Notes: generated by a model from the sequence alone, not told the origin. A stretch of 64,000 bases of DNA from Epithemia pelagica (GCA_946965045.2 OX337236.1:372001-436000), one strand, 5' to 3'; numbered from the stretch's first letter, positions 21,617-34,414 are shown. Numbers and translations: made by a program.

Positions 21617-22708
21617 CTCTTGTGTAATCCACCCAACTTCATTCGTAGTGTGTCGCTCTCTTCATTAAAGCTGGAAGCTGGAAGGCCACTTGACTTCCAA
21701 CACAGATGTAAGTATCCATCTTATTCTCTACGATTTCGGTCTTTCGAGATAGCGGTTGGTACAGCAAACCTTGGAACTGAAAAATTACTTAGACAGAGTA
21801 TGGCGCGCCCGCTCTCTCCAGTCTTAATCCTATACTCCGGGGCCTATACACATGCATTCTCTACCAAATTGTTTTGAGTGGTTTGCACGGGTTAAAACTT
21901 GTATACGAACAACCACGCGTTCTCCATGATGCGGCGCCAGAGATTGGGTTCTCAACGCTTCGCGCGCGGCCCTGAGGTTCCTGGTGGAAGCCAGGTTGTA
22001 TCGCTGGTTTCGATTGTCCGGCTTTTCGGACAATCATGTGGAATTGGGGACCAGAATGCTCTAAACAGTGAGGGGCATAAGAAAATGAATCACTCGCTCA
22101 CTTATGCCATCGTTCAAAGCGTGACGAGGAGGGTTTTGATTGGTGGGATCAGTGTTCATATGGGGACATTCGGGGACTACACAAACAATTTTATACACTA
22201 ACTAAGCCCGTGGGCTCGTGCTCGTTTTGCGGTGACTTTATCACGATTGACGATTGACGCTATGCGCTATGTGTTGGCTGCTGTAGCATATCTATGCCAT
22301 CTCGTCCCATAGCTGCTCCTACTCCTTCTAGTTCCAATTTCCAACCGTTTTTTAGGAGTAGGTACTTTCACCCTTTTGCTTTTTCTCCCCAAGAGTATGG
22401 ACTTTTATTGCAGCTCAAGACTATCGGAAAAGATTATAGCATGTTCCCATGTTCCCAATACCGTTCGTCTATCACTGTGGACAAGTCCGATCGACTCTTT
22501 TGGACCAAAGAGTGGTTCTGAGGCAGAATAGATGATGATTGGATCCAAGTTTCGCACACACCATTGCATCTGTGAGTTTCAGGTAAAACAAATGTTGAGA
22601 AAGCTGCACATGTGCATTGCTGTTGCGGGAATCGGAATCGAATCTCTAGCGTGATCTCGCCGCAGAGCGCACAGTCTTTGTGTATCGCAACCATCCGACG
22701 CCCATGGT

Positions 22709-25700
22709 TCACCGCCTTCCCGCTTGTCGAAATGCCAACTTTTTGGCTAACGTTGACACGACGACACCTTGTTGTTTTTTCTTATCCCCACTGGTCTTGG
22801 ACTCGGTAGGATTGGCCGGAGCTCCTCCCCCAAACCCCTCTAGCTTACTAATGTCCTCTACGGAGGAACCCAAGGAACCAGCCGACGAAAATTGAAAGGT
22901 ATCAATCGAGGAATACAAGGATGCTCCTCGAGAAGCCTTGGCAGCTTTGAACGAGGCGGCGGCCGCAGTCGCACTCGTGTGATCGGGGAGCAAGCCACTT
23001 GCACCAGCAGCAAGTGGTGGTGGTGGTGGTTGCTGTGGCAACAATCGCCCACCATCCGCATCCTTGGGCTTTGCTTGGTCCAAGGCAGACTGTTTCAGTT
23101 CGTCACGTTCGGGAATCTTTGCGGATGCGCTGGGAGCCGTATGATCCGGTAATCCAGACAATGATAATGGTACGCTCGTCGACCTTGGCTTGGAGGAGAG
23201 GTCAGGCAGTCCACGAACGGATTCGAGACGTCCCTCTGCGGGTTTTGGTTTGAGAGCCGCATCCGTAGGCCCGGAGGGTAGACGCGACGTGTGGTCAGGA
23301 ATACCCGATATACCAGTTGCATTGACTTTTGGTAAACCACCGGGCAGTCGGTCAGCTCCTTGCACTGGTAGACGATTGGTTTCTGGAATGGTTGGGCTCG
23401 TTCCAACTTTGGCGTGGTGTTTGAGTGTTGTCGTGTAGTCACGCAGAGGACCGTCCAATCCACCTTTTTCATTCGGCGGCTGTTGCTGTACCGTGCGATC
23501 CGCAACAAGAGCTGCTAGAGCATCCCGTCCCATGACGCCGCCTCCGCGCAGGTCCGTCGGCATGGTTTGTGCTGGACGAATTGGCGGTTGCGTCACTCCA
23601 GGACTCTCTACCGAGAGACCCGAGAGACCACTGCTTTCTCGAAACTTTTGCAATAGCTGTTGTCGTTGGTGCTGTTGTCGAATGGCCAGTTGCTGCTGTT
23701 CTTGTTGATGTTGTTGTTGTTGCATTGCGGATTGTTGCTCTTGTTGAAGTATGACTTCTCCCGAGTGTTTGCGCAAATCTGATCCTTCGATGCGACGAGT
23801 TTGAGGCACGACCGGGAGAGAGGAATTGGAGGCCAACATATTTTGGAGTTCCCCAATCAGTGACGACGAGGAGGCCATCATGGGATTGGTAGCGGACGAA
23901 AAGTCGTCTTTTTTGGTTTGAAAGGCCAGTCCATTGTCGCCTGGGGGAAGTTCCCGTAATCCTCCATACACTGTCCGAGCAGCTGCAGCAGCAGCAGTAG
24001 GTGTCTCGGGAAGCAACGATGACATGCCTGGAGGTTTGGAGCCCTCAAAACTATGGCTGGTCGAGAGAGCCACTCTACTGTTTCCTGGTGGCATTGTCTC
24101 TTGTAGGTGATTGAATGGAAGATGACCGCTTTGTAGGGAACCAAGGGATAAGTTGCTCCCCATGAGCGAATTTTGATGCAGTGGAGCACCGCGAAGTTGT
24201 TGTTGTTGTTGCTGCTGTAGAGCATTCGTGTAAGCTGTTGGAGGATTGGTGGGATAGGTTCCTCGCAAACCACTTAGCCCCATGTTGGGGTTCAAACCAC
24301 CACTACTACTGGCGGAACGTTGTTGTTCCAGAGCAGCCGCAATAAACTTGCTTCGACGTGTCTCTGCCTCAGTGCTGGTGGATTCTTGTCGTCCAATGGT
24401 TCGTGACAGAGCGGGTGGCCTGGCACTGGCAATCAAGGATTCAGCAGCCTCTTGTTCCTCCAAGGTTGGAATCCGACCACCCAGTGGGGCGCTGGCAAGA
24501 AGGTGTTGCTGTTGTTGTCGTTGTTGCTGCTGCTGCTGCAAGAGGACTTGGTTGGCGGCCGCCGATTCTAATAACAACCGTGCCCCGTCTGCAGATAAGG
24601 ACGCGGCGTTTGGTGCAGCACCAATTGTTGCGAGTGTGTCATTGGAAGACATGAACGAGCCGTTGGCAAAGCGGCCCTGTATCAATTGTGGATCGGAACG
24701 CTGCAGTTGTGCTTGTGCTTGTTGTTGTTGTGCTTGTTGCTGTGCTTGTGCTTGTTGAAGCAACGAAGGTTGTGGGGTGGAGGCCATGGCTGTTCGAGTT
24801 GGCAAACAATAGGGTGCTGCTCCCACAGCGCTCAAAGGGTCCAGCCGAGGATGTTTGGGCGGATGCTCTGTTGGTCCACTGAGGGCATCTAACGATGTTG
24901 TTGCTGGTGTCGTTCTTGTCGCCGCAGACGAAGCAGCAGATTGTGGTGGTCCTCCCTCATCGGATTGACTGGTCAACACGGGTGATACTTTGCGTTTCGT
25001 TGGAATGGATGATGATGATGATTGTTTGGGTTTGTTGCCCTTTTGTTGTTCTTGCAGTGTTTGGGACGACGACGACGACGACGAAGTAGTAGTAGGAAGA
25101 GCCTTGGGTCCTCGTCTTGGAATGTCCAACTCGTGACCCGTGTGAATGTGTTTGCCAGAGCCACGTCTCAAGTACCAAAAACATTCGGTCAAACCATAAC
25201 ATAACTGAAAGGCAAACTTGCATTTCGATCTTCGATTGTGTGAGCATTTGAGTCGAATGCGCAATGTACCACGCTCTTCTTTATTGGCCCACGTATGTAC
25301 CGTCATGGAAAAGCCTAGAGAGACACACATGAAACGTGCACCAGAAAAAAATAGGGAAATCATACGGAGCATCCACAATGAGCATTGTCATGATCCATAT
25401 ATATATAGATATACCACGAATCGGTTCCATTTCACGGCACTATGTGTCCTTACCTTGTTCGGCACACGATCCCTGAATGTGCGATACGAGTCTTTCTTGT
25501 GTCGCTCGGTCACAATCGGCATAGTCTCGTTCATTAAAGATAAAGCCCCAATCGTCATTTTGGTTCCCGGCTCGAGGGTCATCGCGAATATAATCGGCCA
25601 GATTGACTCGTTCGACGGGAGCTTCGGAACAAGTCATGCGGTCCAAGGGTGGCCAAAAGAGTTGATCAATGGCATGTTCGAGCTTGGATCGGTCCCCATT

Positions 25701-25961
25701 AAATCGGCCTCGTGATTGCGGTGTGGTTGCTTTCGAAGAAGAAGACGAGTAGGAGGATGTTGCTGTTGCTGCAAGTGCCAAGGAGGATGGAGTACTACTA
25801 CTGGTGGGTGCTGCGGCTGGTTCCACTTTGCGAGCAATTTGTTGCAGCGCCTCCAGATTGGGCCGAATCTCATCCAAGAGTTGCATCGATGAGAAGCTTT
25901 CTCCCTTTCGCTGTTCCGCAGCGTTGTGGTGGTGGTGGTGGTGATTGGCTTGCATTCGCAC
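22709..25961 (-). CDS. Putative zinc-finger DNA-binding protein, paralog B with Gln-rich C-terminus (intron 25315..25453)
   Basis: A GTAAG...CTAG intron joins ORF 25440..25961 to ORF 22709..25378 in frame. C-x7-C-x25-H-x2-H motif followed by poly-Q tracts. Confidence 0.68.
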
Positions 25962-26115
25962 TTCGCACTACAGCGCTTTCCCCGTTCCCGACCTGTCTCC
26001 AAATTGTGGCCGAAACCTTTGGACTTTGTAGTTTGTATAATCGCTTTCCTTTGGTCTACACAGAAAGTTTCAGTTGGACAACTGACAATACGACTTTTGT
26101 TTGCAACACTATTCA

Positions 26116-26575
26116 GGCTGTTCCTCGAGCACGACAAAACCAATCTGAAAACGTGACACGTCATCAATTTACATCATCTTGACGTCATATTTCACCTCAC
26201 AGTTTTTGTCGGGCCTCCATTCCGACAAATCCAGAGCTCAGGATTTGTCGGCCGACAAATCCTGAAATAGCATTAGGGATTGTGTTATCATTATTCTAGT
26301 GTACATATGGTATACAGAAACTTCCAGCGCGCGTTCTGGACTTCAGCGGCGCGCGTTCGACTCCAACCGTCCCCCAATCCCTAATGAAGTAGCCCGACTT
26401 GCGAATAGTATTGGTATTCAATTCCACAGAGTACTTGTGGGGAGTGTTGGGGACCCAGGCGCGGGCTCTCGTTTTGGTTTTGGTTTTGCTCGAGGATAGA
26501 AAAACGGGCCAATGTGAAATTTCTCCAGAAGACGTCACGTTTTCAAATTGGTTTTGTCGTGCTCGAGGAACAGCC
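26116..26575. mobile_element. PIF/Harbinger (Tourist-like) MITE, 460 bp, 42-bp TIRs, 3-bp TSD TCA
   Basis: 26116..26157 and 26534..26575 are inverted with 1 mismatch and start GGCTGTT; flanks read TCA|...|TCA. Confidence 0.8.
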
Positions 26576-26683
26576 TCATTCACAGCAAGACAAAAAACAG
26601 ACAAAACCCGAGACACAGGACCCCCCAACAAGTACAAGTAGTCCACGCAAAACGCACAACGTTGTCTTGTGCCCACGCCGTAA

Positions 26684-27855
26684 CCCTCCGACTAGGTGTC
26701 CGCTTCTTAGCCCCCCAGCCGCTCTCCGCGACCAACCATTTTAATTTTGGTTTTTTTGCGTTTTTGAAGAAAATTTCGGGTCAAAATGAAAATGATCACG
26801 CCGGCCTTCTGGATCACCGTTTTGAAATTTTGTGAGCAGGCGTGCGCACTTTGACCGTTGGTCTTCCCCATTCTTGATTGTCGTCCCAAGTTGCGACCCA
26901 CATTATTTTCACTACGCACCTTTTGACATGGATAATGGACATGCACCATCACAATGCATTCTCCATCATTTGCACACCATGGACATTTGACATATAGGAG
27001 TAGACCATAGATAGTGTTTTGCTCTACCCCATCCTTTCTTTGTTTTTTCTAGGAGAAGTGTGGTTGTTTCTAGTGTTTGTGTCCGTTTAAAAGTGGACCC
27101 TCCTCCACAACACCGTGCCGTTGCCGTAGGCTTGTCTCTTTGCAACCACATACAGTCCTATTTTAGAATACGTCTCTTTCTACCTAGCTGCGTTATGGAG
27201 CATATAGAGTGTAGAGTCCCCTGCACTGCTGGGAAAGACAAGTCATGCTCATGGCAACAAAAAAAGAACAACAGGAGCAGGTCGACATCACAATCCACTA
27301 AAGACCCAAACTGAGTGACAGCAGAGGAAAAATGGATGGCTTCCTCCACTTATCCTACCTACTCCTAATTGAGGTCTATAGCTCTATTTTGTCCTATAAG
27401 GATCCTACAAATGATGCCAGCAGCCCCACATGGCATCGACCAAAATGGATGTTACATGGCACAAACAAATGACACACTATGGCAACTGGCAACGTAGTGA
27501 GAGCCTACAACTAAACATTGTCCATTCCAATGCAAGTATTAGCCATTCCAGAACTTACCATGATGGATGTGCAGTGACAAAGATGAGATGAGATGGCCAG
27601 GGACAAAGCATGCCGTTTCTGGTGTTGGTTTGGTCATTGCCTCGTTTTGTTGCCTGCATCGATTTTGTGACCCGTGAACTCACTGAGAACACTATTTTGA
27701 GTCTTGTTGAGCAGAACGCCTGCCATCTTCCAACTGTCACATCACGCCAGCCTTTCCACCGATGGATGTGAAATTTCCATTCATTTTTTTGTCTGTGAGA
27801 TTGGGTTTGTCTTGCCCGAACAGACGAGCTAAGAAGCGGACATCTAGTCGGAGGG
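26684..27855. mobile_element. Probable decayed DNA transposon bounded by 28-bp inverted repeats
   Basis: 26684..26711 vs 27828..27855 inverted with 1 mismatch. No TSD and no coding signature; the interior looks CpG-poor by eye. Confidence 0.45.
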
Positions 27856-28723
27856 AGCCAAGACAGGAATGCCCATAACCTATTACGATTAACCGAAGAA
27901 GACATAAATAATCTGGCCGCAGTCGCAGATATCACATCTATTTACTATGAACGTTTTTGTATTAATATAGGAAGATATGTACCCTCCAACCATTACACAG
28001 TCGTTTTTGACAAAATGACTTCTATGCTCTCTGTGCTCTCTACCTTCATCATTCATCTCAACTCCCACGAACATCAATCACTCGCTACTCTCTCTAGCTA
28101 GCTAGGGGTACTAGCTAGAGGTAGTGCAAGAGCGAAGACACCGTAGCCTTGGTGTTCGCTCTGCCTACCTCTTCCAGTCGGATCGTTAGACACGATAATG
28201 ATGAGAGAGGATGATGACTCAAAGGAGTAGAACTCATAGAGACTTGAAAGCCATCAGTTGGAACAGTTTGACCAGCTACGAGCGTCACATCCTCTCATCC
28301 ATGTCAGGTGTAGTCGTTGAGATTGGTGGTGGAACGAGATCTTTCCACGACGGAGGTGTCGATGGACGCGGCAAACGGCAGAGGAACCTAACACGGTCGA
28401 TTCTTTTGGTTTCTCGCCGCGGTTTACCTGCACGAGAGCAATAGATGGAAAATGTGGGAGGTCTGCCGTTACGGTGAGTCGCCGGGCGCTCACTTCGCAC
28501 GCGGAAGCAGACAGCAGACGGAGGACTGACGTCATCGTCTGCACAATCGACAGTCGCACGACAAGGCACGCATCTTTGTGGAATGCATTGTTGCGATCGA
28601 GGGAATCTTTGGACCAACCACCAACAGAGGAGACGACTCTATAGCTTCTCATCCCTTTCCTGGTCAACGTAACAGATCGAAGCAAGCCGAGGCAAAAGAC
28701 GACATTGGATCCACTTTGGCACC

Positions 28724-30780
28724 ATGAACGTTCCCGACAAGTTGAGAGAATCCAAAGATTTCTTGTCCAAAGATCAGTTTGAGCTGTGTGTCAAGCTGTA
28801 TCATATGGGCCAAGCCCACATTTTTGAATCATGGGATACCATGTCGGTCGAAAAACGAACAAGTCTGGCAACCCAATTGGAGGCTTTGGATGAAGAATAC
28901 AGCGCAGGAGGAGGCTTGACCGGCTACATTGACAATGCCAAAAAGCTATTGGCCAACTCGGCCAAAGGGGTCAACCCTCTCGAGAATTGGAAACCAGAAG
29001 TCCCTGTTGGATTTTCCCTCAAATTGGGCACGGACGAATACAAAGAAACGGAAGCGGTGGGTATGGAACAAATGGGAGCCATCGGATTTGTCTTGGTCGC
29101 TGGAGGTTTGGGGGAACGATTGGGATATTCGTCCATCAAGGTTGGCTTGCCCACGGAAATGGCCACGGAAACTCGTTACTTGAACTATTATATTGAATAC
29201 ATTTTGGCCGTCCAAAAAAAGTATGCCCCGGCTGGTCGCAAACTCCCTCTCTGTATCATGACCTCCAACGATACCAACGAGAAAACCGTCCAACCCTTGG
29301 CCAAAAACAATTACTTTGGCATGGACAAATCGCAAATCACCATTGTCATTCAGGGGCAAGGTGTCCCTGCCTTGACGGATAACAATGCCAAATTCGTCTT
29401 GGACGACAAAGATCCCACCAAACTTGTCACCAAACCACATGGTCATGGTGATATCCACGCCCTCATGTACAAGAATGGGGTCGCAAAACAGTGGAGCCAA
29501 AACAAGATTAAATGGTTGTGCCTCTTTCAAGATACCAATGGATTGGCCTTTCACACGCTTCCCATTTTGCTAGGGGCCTCTGCCAAATTGAACTTGATCA
29601 TGAACTCGTTGGCAGTTCCGCGCAAAGCCAAACAAGCCATTGGTGCCGTCACCAAACTGAAAAACTCCAAGACCAAAGAAGTCAGGTAAGAATGCGGTGG
29701 ATGGTGCCAAACCATGGACGGTTGCATGGATGACAAACAATACATCACCACATCACTTCTGATCCACAGCATGAGTGATACACGTATCATTGAGCCTGAG
29801 CAACATTATTTGGACAGCTCAGATGTAAAGTGTCCATACACGGGAGAACAACCGCTTACTCATGTTTGTTTTTGTTTGTTTTTAGAACCATCAATGTGGA
29901 ATACAATCAACTAGATCCATTACTTCGGGCCAGTGGATTCAAGGATGGCGATGAAAACGACCCAAAGACTGGATTTTCCCCCTTTCCAGGAAATATCAAT
30001 CAGCTCCTGTTCCAGGTGGAAGACTATGTTGCACTCTTGGAGAAAACCAAGGGCTTGATGCCAGAGTTTGTCAATCCCAAATACAAGGACGAAAAGAAAA
30101 CAGTCTTCAAGAAACCCACGCGACTGGAGTGTATGATGCAGGACTTTCCAACGGTTGTCCCTTCCGACCAAGCTGATCGTGTTGGTTTCACCAGTATTGC
30201 GGCCGAGCTCTGCTTTTCTCCCGTCAAGAATGCCACTTCGGATGGCAAGGCGTTGCAAGCCAAGGGAACGGCCGCTGGTACGGCAGCCACGGGCGAAGCC
30301 GATCAATATCAAGCCGTTCGTAGGATTTTGCAATCCATTGGATGCCATGTGCCCGATGCCGATGCGGAAACCTTTGATGGAATCACAGTGATTCCCGGTC
30401 CCGCCGTGGTGGTCAAGCCAAATTTCGCCCTTTGTCCAGGTGAATACCCGGCTCGATTCCCGTCTCCGGAAAACGTGAAGATCACTGGCACGTCAACCCT
30501 GATTATTCGTGGTGCGAACGTGACAATTCGCAGTTTGGATCTCGATGGAGCCTTGATCATTGATGTTCCGGATCACGAAGTTGTCGAGATTGACGGACTT
30601 GTTGTGAAAAATGAAGGATGGGTAAGAGAACCCGTCAACGATGAGAATGCCCCAGAAATTATCAAGATGCGTGGATACAAGGTGAAACGAATTGGGACCA
30701 CTGTGATTAAGAACCAGCGCGATGTCACCAAGGCAATGCGCGAGGATGTTGGTTGTGAGAATACATGCCAGATTTTGTAA
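28724..30780 (+). CDS. USP: UDP-sugar pyrophosphorylase (intron 29686..29885)
   Basis: FVLVAGGLGERLG, KPHGHGD, NVEYNQLDPLL, FPGNINQ and TRLECMMQD motifs. A GT-AG intron joins the two ORFs in frame. Confidence 0.93.
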
Positions 30781-31230
30781 TAACGCACATTGTCTCAATC
30801 TCATTTTTCAGAGTCCGAGTCATTAGAAAGGTGTTATCCCCTGAAGAGGCTCGTGACCTAGTTTGTTCTCTTGAGTACTTCGGCCATTTGATGATCGTGA
30901 TCCATGCCCTAGGTTCACGACATGAGGTGCTAGCACGTAACGAGACTTCGAAAACGCATTAATGCTGACATAACAACTTCTTGCCACATTCGTGCCTACA
31001 TGTACGATCTAGATTGGAGCGTCACTGCAGTGCAAACACGTTACTATACGGAGAAAAGCGGGTGAAAAAGTATTTTCGAAAACTCATTCTCTGCCGTTGC
31101 TCTGGTTCCATGAGTTCGGTTGACAGGAACCGAGCAGCCTCTGATTATCCACCCACCAAGAAATAATATCGAACGCTTTCTCTGCAAGGTAGTTGTAGAT
31201 TCGGATCTGTTCATGTAATCGGAAACATCT

Positions 31231-31734
31231 TTAGATAACACCAACGCGGTTAGCTACGTCGAGCGCATCGTAGTCTTTGCTCAATCGAATGTAACTCTTT
31301 TTCATTCCCCGGGGAGTGATGAGTGTGTTGACCTTTTCACATTCAATACTGTACAACTCCCTCACAGCATCCTTGATTTGTCTCTTATTGGCCTTGATGT
31401 CGACAATGAACACCAGTGTATTGCTGTCTTCAATCAACTTCATGGAAGATTCCGTCGTCAACGGGTACTTGATGACAGCATGCTTTTCCAAAGAGGGCTT
31501 CTTTGGCGTACTGCGGTTTTGGTATTTAGGCTTACGGCTGTGTTTCAGAGTTGTTGGTCTGTAAAAGTGGACTTTGGTGTGGATGCGGGTGCCCTTCTTC
31601 GAGACACCCTTTTTGAGCGCCTTGCTCACGGCCTTTGCCTTATCTGTGAAACGAAAGACAAAGGCAGTATGAGAATCAAACACCCAATTCGATCAACCAA
31701 GGAATATAACTTCACAGAACGTACCTTGCGCCAT
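31231..31734 (-). CDS. RPL23A: 60S ribosomal protein L23a/uL23 (intron 31644..31724)
   Basis: [25 protein letters not shown]...KVNTLI...[13 protein letters not shown]. The 10-nt first exon ATGGCGCAAG is followed by a GTACGT donor. Confidence 0.95.
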
Positions 31735-31953
31735 GGTTGCTGTTTGTTCTTACTCTTAATACTAAGCCAAGGGCCATCTGCGACATCCAACAAAGATGAA
31801 ATTATAGTAAGACGGTAAAAGGTTATCGATTTCTCTGTGAGTCGATCTTGAGTCGCGAAATCCCTGAGGAGGTCGTGTATCGTGTCACGCTCTGTGTCAC
31901 GCTCTGTGTCACTCCAATTTCTTGCTCGTTTCCCCGTCTCATAATTTCAAATC

Positions 31954-32682
31954 ATGATCATGTTTGGCCTTGTATTGACCCTTTCATTGCTGCATATCTG
32001 TTCCTCATTCTCTCGTGTGCCAGTTGGGGATGCCCTGGCCCATCCCAGTCAGTTGGCATTGCGAGATCCGTGTCGGAGTTCCAGTCGCTTGGCAGCATCT
32101 TCCAGTACGGATGATGACGTCAATAGTGGCAGCAGCAATGGACTGTTTGGTCGACGAACAGGAAATGCCAACAAAGGATTTAAAAAGGCCTCACCGAAAA
32201 CCTCCGATTCTACTGTCAGTAGCGAAGATGTCAATGGAAGTTCGGGTGGTGGGAAACCAGTTCTGGAGATTCCAGCCACCACCATCAAAGTGGCTCCCTT
32301 GCGATTCTACCTGCAATTGTTCATGTCAGGGGATATTCAAAATACACCAACCAAAAACTCATGGCTCACGCAACAAGGAGAACAAGATGGAGAGTTGCAA
32401 GTCTATTATCAAGACGGATCCGCCATGTTGTCGATTCAACTGAATGACACAAGCATTGCCGTGACACGCAAGGGAACGAGCCCCAGTTTGGGCTATCAGC
32501 TTCAAGAAAGTGTATTGTTACACAAGCTTTTGGATGAATTGAACACAGTGGCCTTTGGTTCTGAAGAGGATGAGAATGGTAATGAAAAGGCCAGTGATCC
32601 ATCACAGCGCCTACTGCAGCTGGCCAGTAGCAATGTCATTGAACAAGCGCGTGAAACACTTCCGGCAAGAAGTGCAGAATAA
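31954..32682 (+). CDS. Uncharacterised protein with bipartite plastid presequence
   Basis: Hydrophobic signal ending CSS-F, a Ser/Arg-rich transit peptide, then a globular-looking C-terminal domain. Confidence 0.7.
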   Translation: MIMFGLVLTLSLLHICSSFSRVPVGDALAHPSQLALRDPCRSSSRLAASSSTDDDVNSGSSNGLFGRRTGNANKGFKKASPKTSDSTVSSEDVNGSSGGGKPVLEIPATTIKVAPLRFYLQLFMSGDIQNTPTKNSWLTQQGEQDGELQVYYQDGSAMLSIQLNDTSIAVTRKGTSPSLGYQLQESVLLHKLLDELNTVAFGSEEDENGNEKASDPSQRLLQLASSNVIEQARETLPARSAE

Positions 32683-33304
32683 ACAACACACAGGTCGACT
32701 GGGGACCTGAGCTGTTCCAATATATGTAGAAGGGAGGGATACCAAAACTATCACATCACCAACAGGTGATCGCTTGTTCATCACATATAGAAACAATATC
32801 TATTCAATAACTGCCCAACTGTTTTGTGGTCCTGAACTAGCTAAGCACAAATCATGCTTTGTTGTTCGTCGATTTGATCCGTTTCTAGGTGCTCGTCGAT
32901 TTGATACGTTCAAGCTGTTGCAAGCGATGGAAAGGGAGACGAACTTGTGCCATACCAAGTTACCCTTCTTCGATGCCAAGAAACTCTGTTGGATTTGTTC
33001 AAACATGGTTTGCTGATTTCATTTCTGTTCGTCCGTATATTCAGAGACGTCAATCGACAGGAACTATTGCCACCGCCCCTGCACTCGTCCAAAACTATCT
33101 ATCTTGCAACAAGCTCTTTCTACTTTTGAGTAGCCAATAACTATGGGTCCTAGGAATGCAATTGAACTTAGAAAACTCGTAAACCACTCGAGAACAAAAC
33201 ATCTAGTAATCATCATCATCCTCCCCTTCATCACCACGGTACGTATTGGATGTTGACGTGAAACAAGCTGATGCCGAGGTGGAGAAGGGTGAGATATCAG
33301 CATC

Positions 33305-34414
33305 TCAGATACCCATTTGTTCCAGACAATTATACCATCTGTTAAAATGCTGCTCACAGAGTCGCTGAAAACACCACGAATTCCTATCCAGTAGTGGTAA
33401 TGTCCCACAGGTAGGATTGAATCCACCACCAATCACGGCAACTTGATTGGCAACAGTCACCATAGTGCAGCCATCGCGGCGATTTCCGAATGGTGGGAGA
33501 TTCCAAACGCGGTTGCGGTGCATATCCAAGACTTTGACGGCTTGACGGCTTCCTCCGGCCACAACCAGAAAAGATCCCATTGCACAAGAACTTCGTGTAT
33601 TGGAAAGCCTCAACTCCGAATGAGTGGTCCAGGTGGGTGAGAAAGAAATGAACGTCGAGCCAGTCTCCTTTTCTGTCTCATCACTGTCACAGGGTGTTGT
33701 GTTGTCCAAATACTCAACCGAGTCAGCATAGCCATGCTCGTTACAACCTCCAACGACAAAGATGCGGTGACCAACGACCGCACTGGAACACGCTCGTCGT
33801 GGAACAGTCAAGCTTGGTCCCTCAATGACAGTGTGGTTACTGGCATCAATAATTTCCACCGACGACAAAAAACGATCGTTTACGCCACCCACTACAACGA
33901 TATATCGATTGTGCACCACAACAGCACAACATCCCCATCGTGGCGTTGATAAGCGACATGTCAATGTCGTCCAATGACTCTCATGCATAGTGCTAGTTAT
34001 CAACGATGATTGCAGCAAATCTTTGACGTTTATCCGTTCCATGCAATTCAAACATGAACCTTCTCTGTATCCTCCCACCACGTAAATGCCTCCATTGCAC
34101 ACAACAACGGCATGTCCATCACGACTCTTATTCATGGTCGGTCCTTCTCGCCACTGCCTGTTTGATTCCGCTAAATTCAGTACAAGAACGGTGTTGGTAG
34201 TACCTTGGCGTTGTTTACGACCGCCCAACACGACGACAGTTTGTCTCTTGTGGTTGTTATCGTTGTCCGTATCGGGATGTTCAATTACGACCGAAGCATG
34301 GCGGTAACGCCATCCACCCTCAAGAGGAGGCCAGTCCTCGAAGTTCCATTGTGCTGTCTCCTCCAAAAGGACAAGGCCCGACTGCCATGCTTGTTCTTTC
34401 AGTGTCGTGGTCAT
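33305..34414 (-). CDS. Kelch-repeat protein
   Basis: Repeated R...H/C..VV....IYVVGG blades (VVLGG, YVVGG, VVVGG, FVVGG, VVAGG, AVIGG). Confidence 0.85.
   Translation of the reverse strand: MTTTLKEQAWQSGLVLLEETAQWNFEDWPPLEGGWRYRHASVVIEHPDTDNDNNHKRQTVVVLGGRKQRQGTTNTVLVLNLAESNRQWREGPTMNKSRDGHAVVVCNGGIYVVGGYREGSCLNCMERINVKDLLQSSLITSTMHESHWTTLTCRLSTPRWGCCAVVVHNRYIVVVGGVNDRFLSSVEIIDASNHTVIEGPSLTVPRRACSSAVVGHRIFVVGGCNEHGYADSVEYLDNTTPCDSDETEKETGSTFISFSPTWTTHSELRLSNTRSSCAMGSFLVVAGGSRQAVKVLDMHRNRVWNLPPFGNRRDGCTMVTVANQVAVIGGGFNPTCGTLPLLDRNSWCFQRLCEQHFNRWYNCLEQMGI

Noticed and set aside
28211-28685. Overlapping short ORFs upstream of USP, and a CTCTAGCTAG hairpin near 28090
   Set aside because: No motifs and mutually overlapping frames; probably promoter or UTR. 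The hairpin is low-complexity.
29686-29885. Possible C/D snoRNA in the long USP intron (TGGATGA...CTGATCCA)
   Set aside because: The C box is imperfect and the box spacing of about 30 nt is too short.
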